DNA of 64,000 bases from Auanema rhodensis (GCA_964057225.1 OZ059898.1:620001-684000), one strand, 5' to 3'; positions 27,001-42,700 are shown, counted from the stretch's first letter. Notes: generated by a model from the sequence alone, not told the origin. A program made the numbers and translations.

Positions 27001-27728
27001 CACACTTATATCCTCGATTTTCACCCTGAAGAATTAATTTTTTCGTTGAATAACATTGTCCATCGTCTTTGCCTTGAAAAAAGGAATCTAAAAACATCTA
27101 CTTTTTGCTAAATTATTTTGAAATTTTTCGAAAAAATTTTTGTCAAAATGTTTTTGGAAGCAATGTTGAGTGTACATGGAAACTCAACATACACTAATGC
27201 ATCATTTTTCAAACGATCATAACTAATTTTTGTATTAAGCGTTTCTCAATGTAGTATAGTGCATTCGATGCGGATTTTTAAGCTGCGTCGATCTGTGTTA
27301 TCAGATTTGCGCTAGCTTAAAAATGCACCGAGATATCAACTGATATAAGTTCACACTTATATCCTCGATTTTTACCCTGAAGAATTAATTTTTTTGTTGA
27401 ATAACATTGTCCATCGTCTTTGCCTTGAAAAAAGGAATCTAAAAACATCTACTATTTGCTAAATTATTTTGAAATTTTTCGAAAAAATTTTTGTCAAAAT
27501 GTTTTTGGAAGCAATGTTGAGTGTACATGGAAACTCAACATACACTAATGCATCATTTTTCAAACGATCATAACTAATTTTTGTATTAAGCGTTTCTCAA
27601 TGTAGTATAGTGCATTCGATGCGGATTTTTAAGCTGCGTCGATCTGTGTTATCAGATTTGCGCTAGCTTAAAAATGCACCGAGATATCAACTGATATAAG
27701 TTCACACTTATATCCTCGATTTTTACCC
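21060..27728. repeat. Incipient 7-monomer (2457-bp) higher-order repeat: two full copies and a diverged partial third
   Basis: The variant series [AC313TT],[T77A,T164A,C347T],[cons],[C347T],[C18T],[T87A,G289T],[cons] occurs at 21060-23516 and 23517-25973. The AC313TT marker lies at 21372, 23829 and 26286, exactly 2457 bp apart. Confidence 0.9.
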
Positions 27729-30700
27729 TGAAGAATTAATTTTTTCGTTGAATAACATTGTCCATCGTCTTTGCCTTGAAAAAAGGAATCTAAAAACATC
27801 TACTTTTTGCTAAATTATTTTGAAATTTTTCGAAAAAATTTTTGTCAAAATGTTTTTGGAAGCAATGTTGAGTGTACATGGAAACTCAACATACACTAAT
27901 GCATCATTTTTCAAACGATCATAACTAATTTTTGTATTAAGCGTTTCTCAATGTAGTATAGTGCATTCGATGCGGATTTTTAAGCTGCGTCGATCTGTGT
28001 TATCAGATTTGCGCTAGCTTAAAAATGCACCGAGATATCAACTGATATAAGTTCACACTTATATCCTCGATTTTCACCCTGAAGAATTAATTTTTTCGTT
28101 GAATAACATTGTCCATCGTCTTTGCCTTGAAAAAAGGAATCTAAAAACATCTACTTTTTGCTAAATTATTTTGAAATTTTTCGAAAAAATTTTTGTCAAA
28201 ATGTTTTTGGAAGCAATGTTGAGTGTACATGGAAACTCAACATACACTAATGCATCATTTTTCAAACGATCATAACTAATTTTTGTATTAAGCGTTTCTC
28301 AATGTAGTATAGTGCATTCGATGCGGATTTTTAAGCTGCGTCGATCTGTGTTATCAGATTTGCGCTAGCTTAAAAATGCACCGAGATATCAACTGATATA
28401 AGTTCACACTTATATCCTCGATTTTCACCCTGAAGAATTAATTTTTTCGTTGAATAACATTGTCCATCGTCTTTGCCTTGAAAAAAGGAATCTAAAAACA
28501 TCTACTTTTTGCTAAATTATTTTGAAATTTTTCGAAAAAATTTTTGTCAAAATGTTTTTGGAAGCAATGTTGAGTGTACATGGAAACTCAACATACACTA
28601 ATGCATCATTTTTCAAACGATCATAACTAATTTTTGTATTAAGCGTTTCTCGATGTAGTATAGTGCATTCGATGCGGATTTTTAAGCTGCGTCGATCTGT
28701 GTTATCAGATTTGCGCTAGCTTAAAAATGCACCGAGATATCAACTGATATAAGTTCACACTTATATCCTCGATTTTCACCCTGAAGAATTAATTTTTTCG
28801 TTGAATAACATTGTCCATCGTCTTTGCCTTGAAAAAAGGAATCTAAAAACATCTACTTTTTGCTAAATTATTTTGAAATTTTTCGAAAAAATTTTTGTCA
28901 AAATGTTTTTGGAAGCAATGTTGAGTGTACATGGAAACTCAACATACACTAATGCATCATTTTTCAAACGATCATAACTAATTTTTGTATTAAGCGTTTC
29001 TCAATGTAGTATAGTGCATTCGATGCGGATTTTTAAGCTGCGTCGATCTGTGTTATCAGATTTGCGCTAGCTTAAAAATGCACCGAGATATCAACTGATA
29101 TAAGTTCACACTTATATCCTCGATTTTCACCCTGAAGAATTAATTTTTTCGTTGAATAACATTGTCCATCGTCTTTGCCTTGAAAAAAGGAATCTAAAAA
29201 CATCTACTTTTTGCTAAATTATTTTGAAATTTTTCGAAAAAATTTTTGTCAAAATGTTTTTGGAAGCAATGTTGAGTGTACATGGAAACTCAACATACAC
29301 TAATGCATCATTTTTCAAACGATCATAACTAATTTTTGTATTAAGCGTTTCTCAATGTAGTATAGTGCATTCGATGCGGATTTTTAAGCTGCGTCGATCT
29401 GTGTTATCAGATTTGCGCTAGCTTAAAAATGCACCGAGATATCAACTGATATAAGTTCACACTTATATCCTCGATTTTCACCCTGAAGAATTAATTTTTT
29501 CGTTGAATAACATTGTCCATCGTCTTTGCCTTGAAAAAAGGAATCTAAAAACATCTACTTTTTGCTAAATTATTTTGAAATTTTTCGAAAAAATTTTTGT
29601 CAAAATGTTTTTGGAAGCAATGTTGAGTGTACATGGAAACTCAACATACACTAATGCATCATTTTTCAAACGATCATAACTAATTTTTGTATTAAGCGTT
29701 TCTCGATGTAGTATAGTGCATTCGATGCGGATTTTTAAGCTGCGTCGATCTGTGTTATCAGATTTGCGCTAGCTTAAAAATGCACCGAGATATCAACTGA
29801 TATAAGTTCACACTTATATCCTCGATTTTCACCCTGAAGAATTAATTTTTTCGTTGAATAACATTGTCCATCGTCTTTGCCTTGAAAAAAGGAATCTAAA
29901 AACATCTACTTTTTGCTAAATTATTTTGAAATTTTTCGAAAAAATTTTTGTCAAAATGTTTTTGGAAGCAATGTTGAGTGTACATGGAAACTCAACATAC
30001 ACTAATGCATCATTTTTCAAACGATCATAACTAATTTTTGTATTAAGCGTTTCTCAATGTAGTATAGTGCATTCGATGCGGATTTTTAAGCTGCGTCGAT
30101 CTGTGTTATCAGATTTGCGCTAGCTTAAAAATGCACCGAGATATCAACTGATATAAGTTCACACTTATATCCTCGATTTTCACCCTGAAGAATTAATTTT
30201 TTCGTTGAATAACATTGTCCATCGTCTTTGCCTTGAAAAAAGGAATCTAAAAACATCTACTTTTTGCTAAATTATTTTGAAATTTTTCGAAAAAATTTTT
30301 GTCAAAATGTTTTTGGAAGCAATGTTGAGTGTACATGGAAACTCAACATACACTAATGCATCATTTTTCAAACGATCATAACTAATTTTTGTATTAAGCG
30401 TTTCTCAATGTAGTATAGTGCATTCGATGCGGATTTTTAAGCTGCGTCGATCTGTGTTATCAGATTTGCGCTAGCTTAAAAATGCACCGAGATATCATTT
30501 GATATAAGTTCACACTTATATCCTCGATTTTCACCCTGAAGAATTAATTTTTTCGTTGAATAACATTGTCCATCGTCTTTGCCTTGAAAAAAGGAATCTA
30601 AAAACATCTACTATTTGCTAAATTATTTTGAAATTTTTCGAAAAAATTTTTGTCAAAATGTTTTTGGAAGCAATGTTGAGTGTACATGGAAACTCAACAA

Positions 30701-33700
30701 ACACTAATGCATCATTTTTCAAACGATCATAACTAATTTTTGTATTAAGCGTTTCTCAATGTAGTATAGTGCATTCGATGCGGATTTTTAAGCTGCGTCG
30801 ATCTGTGTTATCAGATTTGCGCTAGCTTAAAAATGCACCGAGATATCAACTGATATAAGTTCACACTTATATCCTCGATTTTTACCCTGAAGAATTAATT
30901 TTTTCGTTGAATAACATTGTCCATCGTCTTTGCCTTGAAAAAAGGAATCTAAAAACATCTACTTTTTGCTAAATTATTTTGAAATTTTTCGAAAAAATTT
31001 TTGTCAAAATGTTTTTGGAAGCAATGTTGAGTGTACATGGAAACTCAACATACACTAATGCATCATTTTTCAAACGATCATAACTAATTTTTGTATTAAG
31101 CGTTTCTCAATGTAGTATAGTGCATTCGATGCGGATTTTTAAGCTGCGTCGATCTGTGTTATCAGATTTGCGCTAGCTTAAAAATGCACCGAGATATCAA
31201 CTGATATAAGTTCACACTTATATCCTCGATTTTCACCCTGAAGAATTAATTTTTTCGTTGAATAACATTGTCCATCGTCTTTGCCTTGAAAAAAGGAATC
31301 TAAAAACATCTACTTTTTGCTAAATTATTTTGAAATTTTTCGAAAAAATTTTTGTCAAAATGTTTTTGGAAGCAATGTTGAGTGTACATGGAAACTCAAC
31401 ATACACTAATGCATCATTTTTCAAACGATCATAACTAATTTTTGTATTAAGCGTTTCTCAATGTAGTATAGTGCATTCGATGCGGATTTTTAAGCTGCGT
31501 CGATCTGTGTTATCAGATTTGCGCTAGCTTAAAAATGCACCGAGATATCAACTGATATAAGTTCACACTTATATCCTCGATTTTTACCCTGAAGAATTAA
31601 TTTTTTTGTTGAATAACATTGTCCATCGTCTTTGCCTTGAAAAAAGGAATCTAAAAACATCTACTATTTGCTAAATTATTTTGAAATTTTTCGAAAAAAT
31701 TTTTGTCAAAATGTTTTTGGAAGCAATGTTGAGTGTACATGGAAACTCAACATACACTAATGCATCATTTTTCAAACGATCATAACTAATTTTTGTATTA
31801 AGCGTTTCTCAATGTAGTATAGTGCATTCGATGCGGATTTTTAAGCTGCGTCGATCTGTGTTATCAGATTTGCGCTAGCTTAAAAATGCACCGAGATATC
31901 AACTGATATAAGTTCACACTTATATCCTCGATTTTCACCCTGAAGAATTAATTTTTTCGTTGAATAACATTGTCCATCGTCTTTGCCTTGAAAAAAGGAA
32001 TCTAAAAACATCTACTTTTTGCTAAATTATTTTGAAATTTTTCGAAAAAATTTTTGTCAAAATGTTTTTGGAAGCAATGTTGAGTGTACATGGAAACTCA
32101 ACATACACTAATGCATCATTTTTCAAACGATCATAACTAATTTTTGTATTAAGCGTTTCTCGATGTAGTATAGTGCATTCGATGCGGATTTTTAAGCTGC
32201 GTCGATCTGTGTTATCAGATTTGCGCTAGCTTAAAAATGCACCGAGATATCAACTGATATAAGTTCACACTTATATCCTCGATTTTCACCCTGAAGAATT
32301 AATTTTTTCGTTGAATAACATTGTCCATCGTCTTTGCCTTGAAAAAAGGAATCTAAAAACATCTACTTTTTGCTAAATTATTTTGAAATTTTTCGAAAAA
32401 ATTTTTGTCAAAATGTTTTTGGAAGCAATGTTGAGTGTACATGGAAACTCAACATACACTAATGCATCATTTTTCAAACGATCATAACTAATTTTTGTAT
32501 TAAGCGTTTCTCAATGTAGTATAGTGCATTCGATGCGGATTTTTAAGCTGCGTCGATCTGTGTTATCAGATTTGCGCTAGCTTAAAAATGCACCGAGATA
32601 TCAACTGATATAAGTTCACACTTATATCCTCGATTTTTACCCTGAAGAATTAATTTTTTCGTTGAATAACATTGTCCATCGTCTTTGCCTTGAAAAAAGG
32701 AATCTAAAAACATCTACTTTTTGCTAAATTATTTTGAAATTTTTCGAAAAAATTTTTGTCAAAATGTTTTTGGAAGCAATGTTGAGTGTACATGGAAACT
32801 CAACATACACTAATGCATCATTTTTCAAACGATCATAACTAATTTTTGTATTAAGCGTTTCTCAATGTAGTATAGTGCATTCGATGCGGATTTTTAAGCT
32901 GCGTCGATCTGTGTTATCAGATTTGCGCTAGCTTAAAAATGCACCGAGATATCAACTGATATAAGTTCACACTTATATCCTCGATTTTCACCCTGAAGAA
33001 TTAATTTTTTCGTTGAATAACATTGTCCATCGTCTTTGCCTTGAAAAAAGGAATCTAAAAACATCTACTTTTTGCTAAATTATTTTGAAATTTTTCGAAA
33101 AAATTTTTGTCAAAATGTTTTTGGAAGCAATGTTGAGTGTACATGGAAACTCAACATACACTAATGCATCATTTTTCAAACGATCATAACTAATTTTTGT
33201 ATTAAGCGTTTCTCAATGTAGTATAGTGCATTCGATGCGGATTTTTAAGCTGCGTCGATCTGTGTTATCAGATTTGCGCTAGCTTAAAAATGCACCGAGA
33301 TATCAACTGATATAAGTTCACACTTATATCCTCGATTTTCACCCTGAAGAATTAATTTTTTCGTTGAATAACATTGTCCATCGTCTTTGCCTTGAAAAAA
33401 GGAATCTAAAAACATCTACTTTTTGCTAAATTATTTTGAAATTTTTCGAAAAAATTTTTGTCAAAATGTTTTTGGAAGCAATGTTGAGTGTACATGGAAA
33501 CTCAACATACACTAATGCATCATTTTTCAAACGATCATAACTAATTTTTGTATTAAGCGTTTCTCGATGTAGTATAGTGCATTCGATGCGGATTTTTAAG
33601 CTGCGTCGATCTGTGTTATCAGATTTGCGCTAGCTTAAAAATGCACCGAGATATCAACTGATATAAGTTCACACTTATATCCTCGATTTTCACCCTGAAG

Positions 33701-36700
33701 AATTAATTTTTTCGTTGAATAACATTGTCCATCGTCTTTGCCTTGAAAAAAGGAATCTAAAAACATCTACTTTTTGCTAAATTATTTTGAAATTTTTCGA
33801 AAAAATTTTTGTCAAAATGTTTTTGGAAGCAATGTTGAGTGTACATGGAAACTCAACATACACTAATGCATCATTTTTCAAACGATCATAACTAATTTTT
33901 GTATTAAGCGTTTCTCAATGTAGTATAGTGCATTCGATGCGGATTTTTAAGCTGCGTCGATCTGTGTTATCAGATTTGCGCTAGCTTAAAAATGCACCGA
34001 GATATCAACTGATATAAGTTCACACTTATATCCTCGATTTTCACCCTGAAGAATTAATTTTTTCGTTGAATAACATTGTCCATCGTCTTTGCCTTGAAAA
34101 AAGGAATCTAAAAACATCTACTTTTTGCTAAATTATCTTGAAATTTTTCGAAAAAATTTTTGTCAAAATGTTTTTGGAAGCAATGTTGAGTGTACATGGA
34201 AACTCAACATACACTAATGCATCATTTTTCAAACGATCATAACTAATTTTTGTATTAAGCGTTTCTCAATGTAGTATAGTGCATTGGATGCGGATTTTTA
34301 AGCTGCGTCGATCTGTGTTATCAGATTTGCGCTAGCTTAAAAATGCACCGAGATATCAACTGATATAAGTTCACACTTATATCCTCGATTTTCACCCTGA
34401 AGAATTAATTTTTTCGTTGAATAACATTGTCCATCGTCTTTGCCTTGAAAAAAGGAATCTAAAAACATCTACTTTTTGCTAAATTATTTTGAAATTTTTC
34501 GAAAAAATTTTTGTCAAAATGTTTTTGGAAGCAATGTTGAGTGTACATGGAAACTCAACATACACTAATGCATCATTTTTCAAACGATCATAACTAATTT
34601 TTGTATTAAGCGTTTCTCAATGTAGTATAGTGCATTCGATGCGGATTTTTAAGCTGCGTCGATCTGTGTTATCAGATTTGCGCTAGCTTAAAAATGCACC
34701 GAGATATCAACTGATATAAGTTCACACTTATATCCTCGATTTTCACCCTGAAGAATTAATTTTTTCGTTGAATAACATTGTCCATCGTCTTTGCCTTGAA
34801 AAAAGGAATCTAAAAACATCTACTTTTTGCTAAATTATTTTGAAATTTTTCGAAAAAATTTTTGTCAAAATGTTTTTGGAAGCAATGTTGAGTGTACATG
34901 GAAACTCAACATACACTAATGCATCATTTTTCAAACGATCATAACTAATTTTTGTATTAAGCGTTTCTCAATGTAGTATAGTGCATTGGATGCGGATTTT
35001 TAAGCTGCGTCGATCTGTGTTATCAGATTTGCGCTAGCTTAAAAATGCACCGAGATATCAACTGATATAAGTTCACACTTATATCCTCGATTTTCACCCT
35101 GAAGAATTAATTTTTTCGTTGAATAACATTGTCCATCGTCTTTGCCTTGAAAAAAGGAATCTAAAAACATCTACTTTTTGCTAAATTATTTTGAAATTTT
35201 TCGAAAAAATTTTTGTCAAAATGTTTTTGGAAGCAATGTTGAGTGTACATGGAAACTCAACATACACTAATGCATCATTTTTCAAACGATCATAACTAAT
35301 TTTTGTATTAAGCGTTTCTCAATGTAGTATAGTGCATTCGATGCGGATTTTTAAGCTGCGTCGATCTGTGTTATCAGATTTGCGCTAGCTTAAAAATGCA
35401 CCGAGATATCAACTGATATAAGTTCACACTTATATCCTCGATTTTCACCCTGAAGAATTAATTTTTTCGTTGAATAACATTGTCCATCGTCTTTGCCTTG
35501 AAAAAAGGAATCTAAAAACATCTACTTTTTGCTAAATTATTTTGAAATTTTTCGAAAAAATTTTTGTCAAAATGTTTTTGGAAGCAATGTTGAGTGTACA
35601 TGGAAACTCAACATACACTAATGCATCATTTTTCAAACGATCATAACTAATTTTTGTATTAAGCGTTTCTCAATGTAGTATAGTGCATTCGATGCGGATT
35701 TTTAAGCTGCGTTGATCTGTGTTATCAGATTTGCGCTAGCTTAAAAATGCACCGAGATATCAACTGATATAAGTTCACACTTATATCCTCGATTTTCACC
35801 CTGAAGAATTAATTTTTTCGTTGAATAACATTGTCCATCGTCTTTGCCTTGAAAAAAGGAATCTAAAAACATCTACTTTTTGCTAAATTATTTTGAAATT
35901 TTTCGAAAAAATTTTTGTCAAAATGTTATTGGAAGCAATGTTGAGTGTACATGGAAACTCAACATACACTAATGCATCATTTTTCAAACGATCATAACTA
36001 ATTTTTGTATTAAGCGTTTCTCAATGTAGTATAGTGCATTCGATGCGGATTTTTAAGCTGCGTCGATCTGTGTTATCAGATTTGCGCTAGCTTAAAAATG
36101 CACCGAGATATCATTTGATATAAGTTCACACTTATATCCTCGATTTTCACCCTGAAGAATTAATTTTTTCGTTGAATAACATTGTCCATCGTCTTTGCCT
36201 TGAAAAAAGAAATCTAAAAACATCTACTTTTTGCTAAATTATTTTGAAATTTTTCGAAAAAATTTTTGTCAAAATGTTTTTGGAAGCAATGTTGAGTGTA
36301 CATGGAAACTCAACATACACTAATGCATCATTTTTCAAACGATCATAACTAATTTTTGTATTAAGCGTTTCTCAATGTAGTATAGTGCATTCGATGCGGA
36401 TTTTTAAGCTGCGTCGATCTGTGTTATCAGATTTGCGCTAGCTTAAAAATGCACCGAGATATCAACTGATATAAGTTCACACTTATATCCTCGATTTTCA
36501 CCCTGAAGAATTAATTTTTTCGTTGAATAACATTGTCCATCGTCTTTGCCTTGAAAAAAGGAATCTAAAAACATCTACTTTTTGCTAAATTATTTTGAAA
36601 TTTTTCGAAAAAATTTTTGTCAAAATGTTTTTGGAAGCAATGTTGAGTGTACATGGAAACTCAACATACACTAATGCATCATTTTTCAAACGATCATAAC

Positions 36701-39700
36701 TAATTTTTGTATTAAGCGTTTCTCAATGTAGTATAGTGCATTCGATGCGGATTTTTAAGCTGCGTCGATCTGTGTTATCAGATTTGCGCTAGCTTAAAAA
36801 TGCACCGAGATATCAACTGATATAAGTTCACACTTATATCCTCGATTTTCACCCTGAAGAATTAATTTTTTCGTTGAATAACATTGTCCATCGTCTTTGC
36901 CTTGAAAAAAGGAATCTAAAAACATCTACTTTTTGCTAAATTATTTTGAAATTTTTCGAAAAAATTTTTGTCAAAATGTTTTTGGAAGCAATGTTGAGTG
37001 TACATGGAAACTCAACATACACTAATGCATCATTTTTCAAACGATCATAACTAATTTTTGTATTAAGCGTTTCTCAATGTAGTATAGTGCATTCGATGCG
37101 GATTTTTAAGCTGCGTCGATCTGTGTTATCAGATTTGCGCTAGCTTAAAAATGCACCGAGATATCAACTGATATAAGTTCACACTTATATCCTCGATTTT
37201 CACCCTGAAGAATTAATTTTTTCGTTGAATAACATTGTCCATCGTCTTTGCCTTGAAAAAAGGAATCTAAAAACATCTACTTTTTGCTAAATTATTTTGA
37301 AATTTTTCGAAAAAATTTTTGTCAAAATGTTTTTGGAAGCAATGTTGAGTGTACATGGAAACTCAACATACACTAATGCATCATTTTTCAAACGATCATA
37401 ACTAATTTTTGTATTAAGCGTTTCTCAATGTAGTATAGTGCATTCGATGCGGATTTTTAAGCTGCGTCGATCTGTGTTATCAGATTTGCGCTAGCTTAAA
37501 AATGCACCGAGATATCAACTGATATAAGTTCACACTTATATCCTCGATTTTCACCCTGAAGAATTAATTTTTTCGTTGAATAACATTGTCCATCGTCTTT
37601 GCCTTGAAAAAAGGAATCTAAAAACATCTACTTTTTGCTAAATTATTTTGAAATTTTTCGAAAAAATTTTTGTCAAAATGTTTTTGGAAGCAATGTTGAG
37701 TGTACATGGAAACTCAACATACACTAATGCATCATTTTTCAAACGATCATAACTAATTTTTGTATTAAGCGTTTCTCAATGTAGTATAGTGCATTCGATG
37801 CGGATTTTTAAGCTGCGTCGATCTGTGTTATCAGATTTGCGCTAGCTTAAAAATGCACCGAGATATCAACTGATATAAGTTCACACTTATATCCTCGATT
37901 TTCACCCTGAAGAATTAATTTTTTCGTTGAATAACATTGTCCATCGTCTTTGCCTTGAAAAAAGGAATCTAAAAACATCTACTTGTTGCTAAATTATTTT
38001 GAAATTTTTCGAAAAAATTTTTGTCAAAATGTTTTTGGAAGCAATGTTGAGTGTACATGGAAACTCAACATACACTAATGCATTATTTTTCAAACGATCA
38101 TAACTAATTTTTGTATTAAGCGTTTCTCAATGTAGTATAGTGCATTCGATGCGGATTTTTAAGCTGCGTCGATCTGTGTTATCAGATTTGCGCTAGCTTA
38201 AAAATGCACCGAGATATCAACTGATATAAGTTCACACTTATATCCTCGATTTTCACCCTGAAGAATTAATTTTTTCGTTGAATAACATTGTCCATCGTCT
38301 TTGCCTTGAAAAAAGGAATCTAAAAACATCTACTTGTTGCTAAATTATTTTGAAATTTTTCGAAAAAATTTTTGTCAAAATGTTTTTGGAAGCAATGTTG
38401 AGTGTACATGGAAACTCAACATACACTAATGCATTATTTTTCAAACGATCATAACTAATTTTTGTATTAAGCGTTTCTCAATGTAGTATAGTGCATTCGA
38501 TGCGGATTTTTAAGCTGCGTCGATCTGTGTTATCAGATTTGCGCTAGCTTAAAAATGCACCGAGATATCAACTGATATAAGTTCACACTTATATCCTCGA
38601 TTTTCACCCTGAAGAATTAATTTTTTCGTTGAATAACATTGTCCATCGTCTTTGCCTTGAAAAAAGGAATCTAAAAACATCTACTTTTTGCTAAATTATT
38701 TTGAAATTTTTCGAAAAAATTTTTGTCAAAATGTTTTTGGAAGCAATGTTGAGTGTACATGGAAACTCAACATACACTAATGCATCATTTTTCAAACGAT
38801 CATAACTAATTTTTGTATTAAGCGTTTCTCAATGTAGTATAGTGCATTCGATGCGGATTTTTAAGCTGCGTCGATCTGTGTTATCAGATTTGCGCTAGCT
38901 TAAAAATGCACCGAGATATCAACTGATATAAGTTCACACTTATATCCTCGATTTTCACCCTGAAGAATTAATTTTTTCGTTGAATAACATTGTCCATCGT
39001 CTTTGCCTTGAAAAAAGGAATCTAAAAACATCTACTTTTTGCTAAATTATTTTGAAATTTTTCGAAAAAATTTTTGTCAAAATGTTTTTGGAAGCAATGT
39101 TGAGTGTACATGGAAACTCAACATACACTAATGCATCATTTTTCAAACGATCATAACTAATTTTTGTATTAAGCGTTTCTCAATGTAGTATAGTGCATTC
39201 GATGCGGATTTTTAAGCTGCGTCGATCTGTGTTATCAGATTTGCGCTAGCTTAAAAATGCACCGAGATATCAACTGATATAAGTTCACACTTATATCCTC
39301 GATTTTCACCCTGAAGAATTAATTTTTTCGTTGAATAACATTGTCCATCGTCTTTGCCTTGAAAAAAGGAATCTAAAAACATCTACTTGTTGCTAAATTA
39401 TTTTGAAATTTTTCGAAAAAATTTTTGTCAAAATGTTTTTGGAAGCAATGTTGAGTGTACATGGAAACTCAACATACACTAATGCATTATTTTTCAAACG
39501 ATCATAACTAATTTTTGTATTAAGCGTTTCTCAATGTAGTATAGTGCATTCGATGCGGATTTTTAAGCTGCGTCGATCTGTGTTATCAGATTTGCGCTAG
39601 CTTAAAAATGCACCGAGATATCAACTGATATAAGTTCACACTTATATCCTCGATTTTCACCCTGAAGAATTAATTTTTTCGTTGAATAACATTGTCCATC

Positions 39701-42700
39701 GTCTTTGCCTTGAAAAAAGGAATCTAAAAACATCTACTTGTTGCTAAATTATTTTGAAATTTTTCGAAAAAATTTTTGTCAAAATGTTTTTGGAAGCAAT
39801 GTTGAGTGTACATGGAAACTCAACATACACTAATGCATTATTTTTCAAACGATCATAACTAATTTTTGTATTAAGCGTTTCTCAATGTAGTATAGTGCAT
39901 TCGATGCGGATTTTCAAGCTGCGTCGATCTGTGTTATCAGATTTGCGCTAGCTTAAAAATGCACCGAGATATCAACTGATATAAGTTCACACTTATATCC
40001 TCGATTTTCACCCTGAAGAATTAATTTTTTCGTTGAATAACATTGTCCATAGTCTTTGCCTTGAAAAAAGGAATCTAAAAACATCTACTTTTTGCTAAAT
40101 TATTTTGAAATTTTTCGAAAAAATTTTTGTCAAAATGTTTTTGGAAGCAATGTTGAGTGTACATGGAAACTCAACATACACTAATGCATCATTTTTCAAA
40201 CGATCATAACTAATTTTTGTATTAAGCGTTTCTCAATGTAGTATAGTGCATTCGATGCGGATTTTTAAGCTGCGTCGATCTGTGTTATCAGATTTGCGCT
40301 AGCTTAAAAATGCACCGAGATATCAACTGATATAAGTTCACACTTATATCCTCGATTTTCACCCTGAAGAATTAATTTTTTCGTTGAATAACATTGTCCA
40401 TCGTCTTTGCCTTGAAAAAAGGAATCTAAAAACATCTACTTTTTGCTAAATTATTTTGAAATTTTTCGAAAAAATTTTTGTCAAAATGTTTTTGGAAGCA
40501 ATGTTGAGTGTACATGGAAACTCAACATACACTAATGCATCATTTTTCAAACGATCATAACTAATTTTTGTATTAAGCGTTTCTCAATGTAGTATAGTGC
40601 ATTCGATGCGGATTTTTAAGCTGCGTCGATCTGTGTTATCAGATTTGCGCTAGCTTAAAAATGCACCGAGATATCAACTGATATAAGTTCACACTTATAT
40701 CCTCGATTTTCACCCTGAAGAATTAATTTTTTCGTTGAATAACATTGTCCATCGTCTTTGCCTTGAAAAAAGGAATCTAAAAACATCTACTTTTTGCTAA
40801 ATTATTTTGAAATTTTTCGAAAAAATTTTTGTCAAAATGTTTTTGGAAGCAATGTTGAGTGTACATGGAAACTCAACATACACTAATGCATCATTTTTCA
40901 AACGATCATAACTAATTTTTGTATTAAGCGTTTCTCAATGTAGTATAGTGCATTCGATGCGGATTTTTAAGCTGCGTCGATCTGTGTTATCAGATTTGCG
41001 CTAGCTTAAAAATGCACCGAGATATCAACTGATATAAGTTCACACTTATATCCTCGATTTTCACCCTGAAGAATTAATTTTTTCGTTGAATAACATTGTC
41101 CATCGTCTTTGCCTTGAAAAAAGGAATCTAAAAACATCTACTTGTTGCTAAATTATTTTGAAATTTTTCGAAAAAATTTTTGTCAAAATGTTTTTGGAAG
41201 CAATGCTGAGTGTACATGGAAACTCAACATACACTAATGCATTATTTTTCAAACGATCATAACTAATTTTTGTATTAAGCGTTTCTCAATGTAGTATAGT
41301 GCATTCGATGCGGATTTTTAAGCTGCGTCGATCTGTGTTATCAGATTTGCGCTAGCTTAAAAATGCACCGAGATATCAACTGATATAAGTTCACACTTAT
41401 ATCCTCGATTTTCACCCTGAAGAATTAATTTTTTCGTTGAATAACATTGTCCATCGTCTTTGCCTTGAAAAAAGGAATCTAAAAACATCTACTTGTTGCT
41501 AAATTATTTTGAAATTTTTCGAAAAAATTTTTGTCAAAATGTTTTTGGAAGCAATGTTGAGTGTACATGGAAACTCAACATACACTAATGCATCATTTTT
41601 CAAACGATCATAACTAATTTTTGTATTAAGCGTTTCTCAATGTAGTATAGTGCATTCGATGCGGATTTTTAAGCTGCGTCGATCTGTGTTATCAGATTTG
41701 CGCTAGCTTAAAAATGCACCGAGATATCAACTGATATAAGTTCACACTTATATCCTCGATTTTCACCCTGAAGAATTAATTTTTTCGTTGAATAACATTG
41801 TCCATCGTCTTTGCCTTGAAAAAAGGAATCTAAAAACATCTACTTTTTGCTAAATTATTTTGAAATTTTTCGAAAAAATTTTTGTCAAAATGTTTTTGGA
41901 AGCAATGTTGAGTGTACATGGAAACTCAACATACACTAATGCATCATTTTTCAAACGATCATAACTAATTTTTGTATTAAGCGTTTCTCAATGTAGTATA
42001 GTGCATTCGATGCGGATTTTTAAGCTGCGTCGATCTGTGTTATCAGATTTGCGCTAGCTTAAAAATGCACCGAGATATCAACTGATATAAGTTCACACTT
42101 ATATCCTCGATTTTCACCCTGAAGAATTAATTTTTTCGTTGAATAACATTGTCCATAGTCTTTGCCTTGAAAAAAGGAATCTAAAAACATCTACTTTTTG
42201 CTAAATTATTTTGAAATTTTTCGAAAAAATTTTTGTCAAAATGTTTTTGGAAGCAATGTTGAGTGTACATGGAAACTCAACATACACTAATGCATTATTT
42301 TTCAAACGATCATAACTAATTTTTGTATTAAGCGTTTCTCAATGTAGTATAGTGCATTCGATGCGGATTTTTAAGCTGCGTCGATCTGTGTTATCAGATT
42401 TGCGCTAGCTTAAAAATGCACCGAGATATCAACTGATATAAGTTCACACTTATATCCTCGATTTTCACCCTGAAGAATTAATTTTTTCGTTGAATAACAT
42501 TGTCCATCGTCTTTGCCTTGAAAAAAGGAATCTAAAAACATCTACTTGTTGCTAAATTATTTTGAAATTTTTCGAAAAAATTTTTGTCAAAATGTTTTTG
42601 GAAGCAATGTTGAGTGTACATGGAAACTCAACATACACTAATGCATTATTTTTCAAACGATCATAACTAATTTTTGTATTAAGCGTTTCTCAATGTAGTA

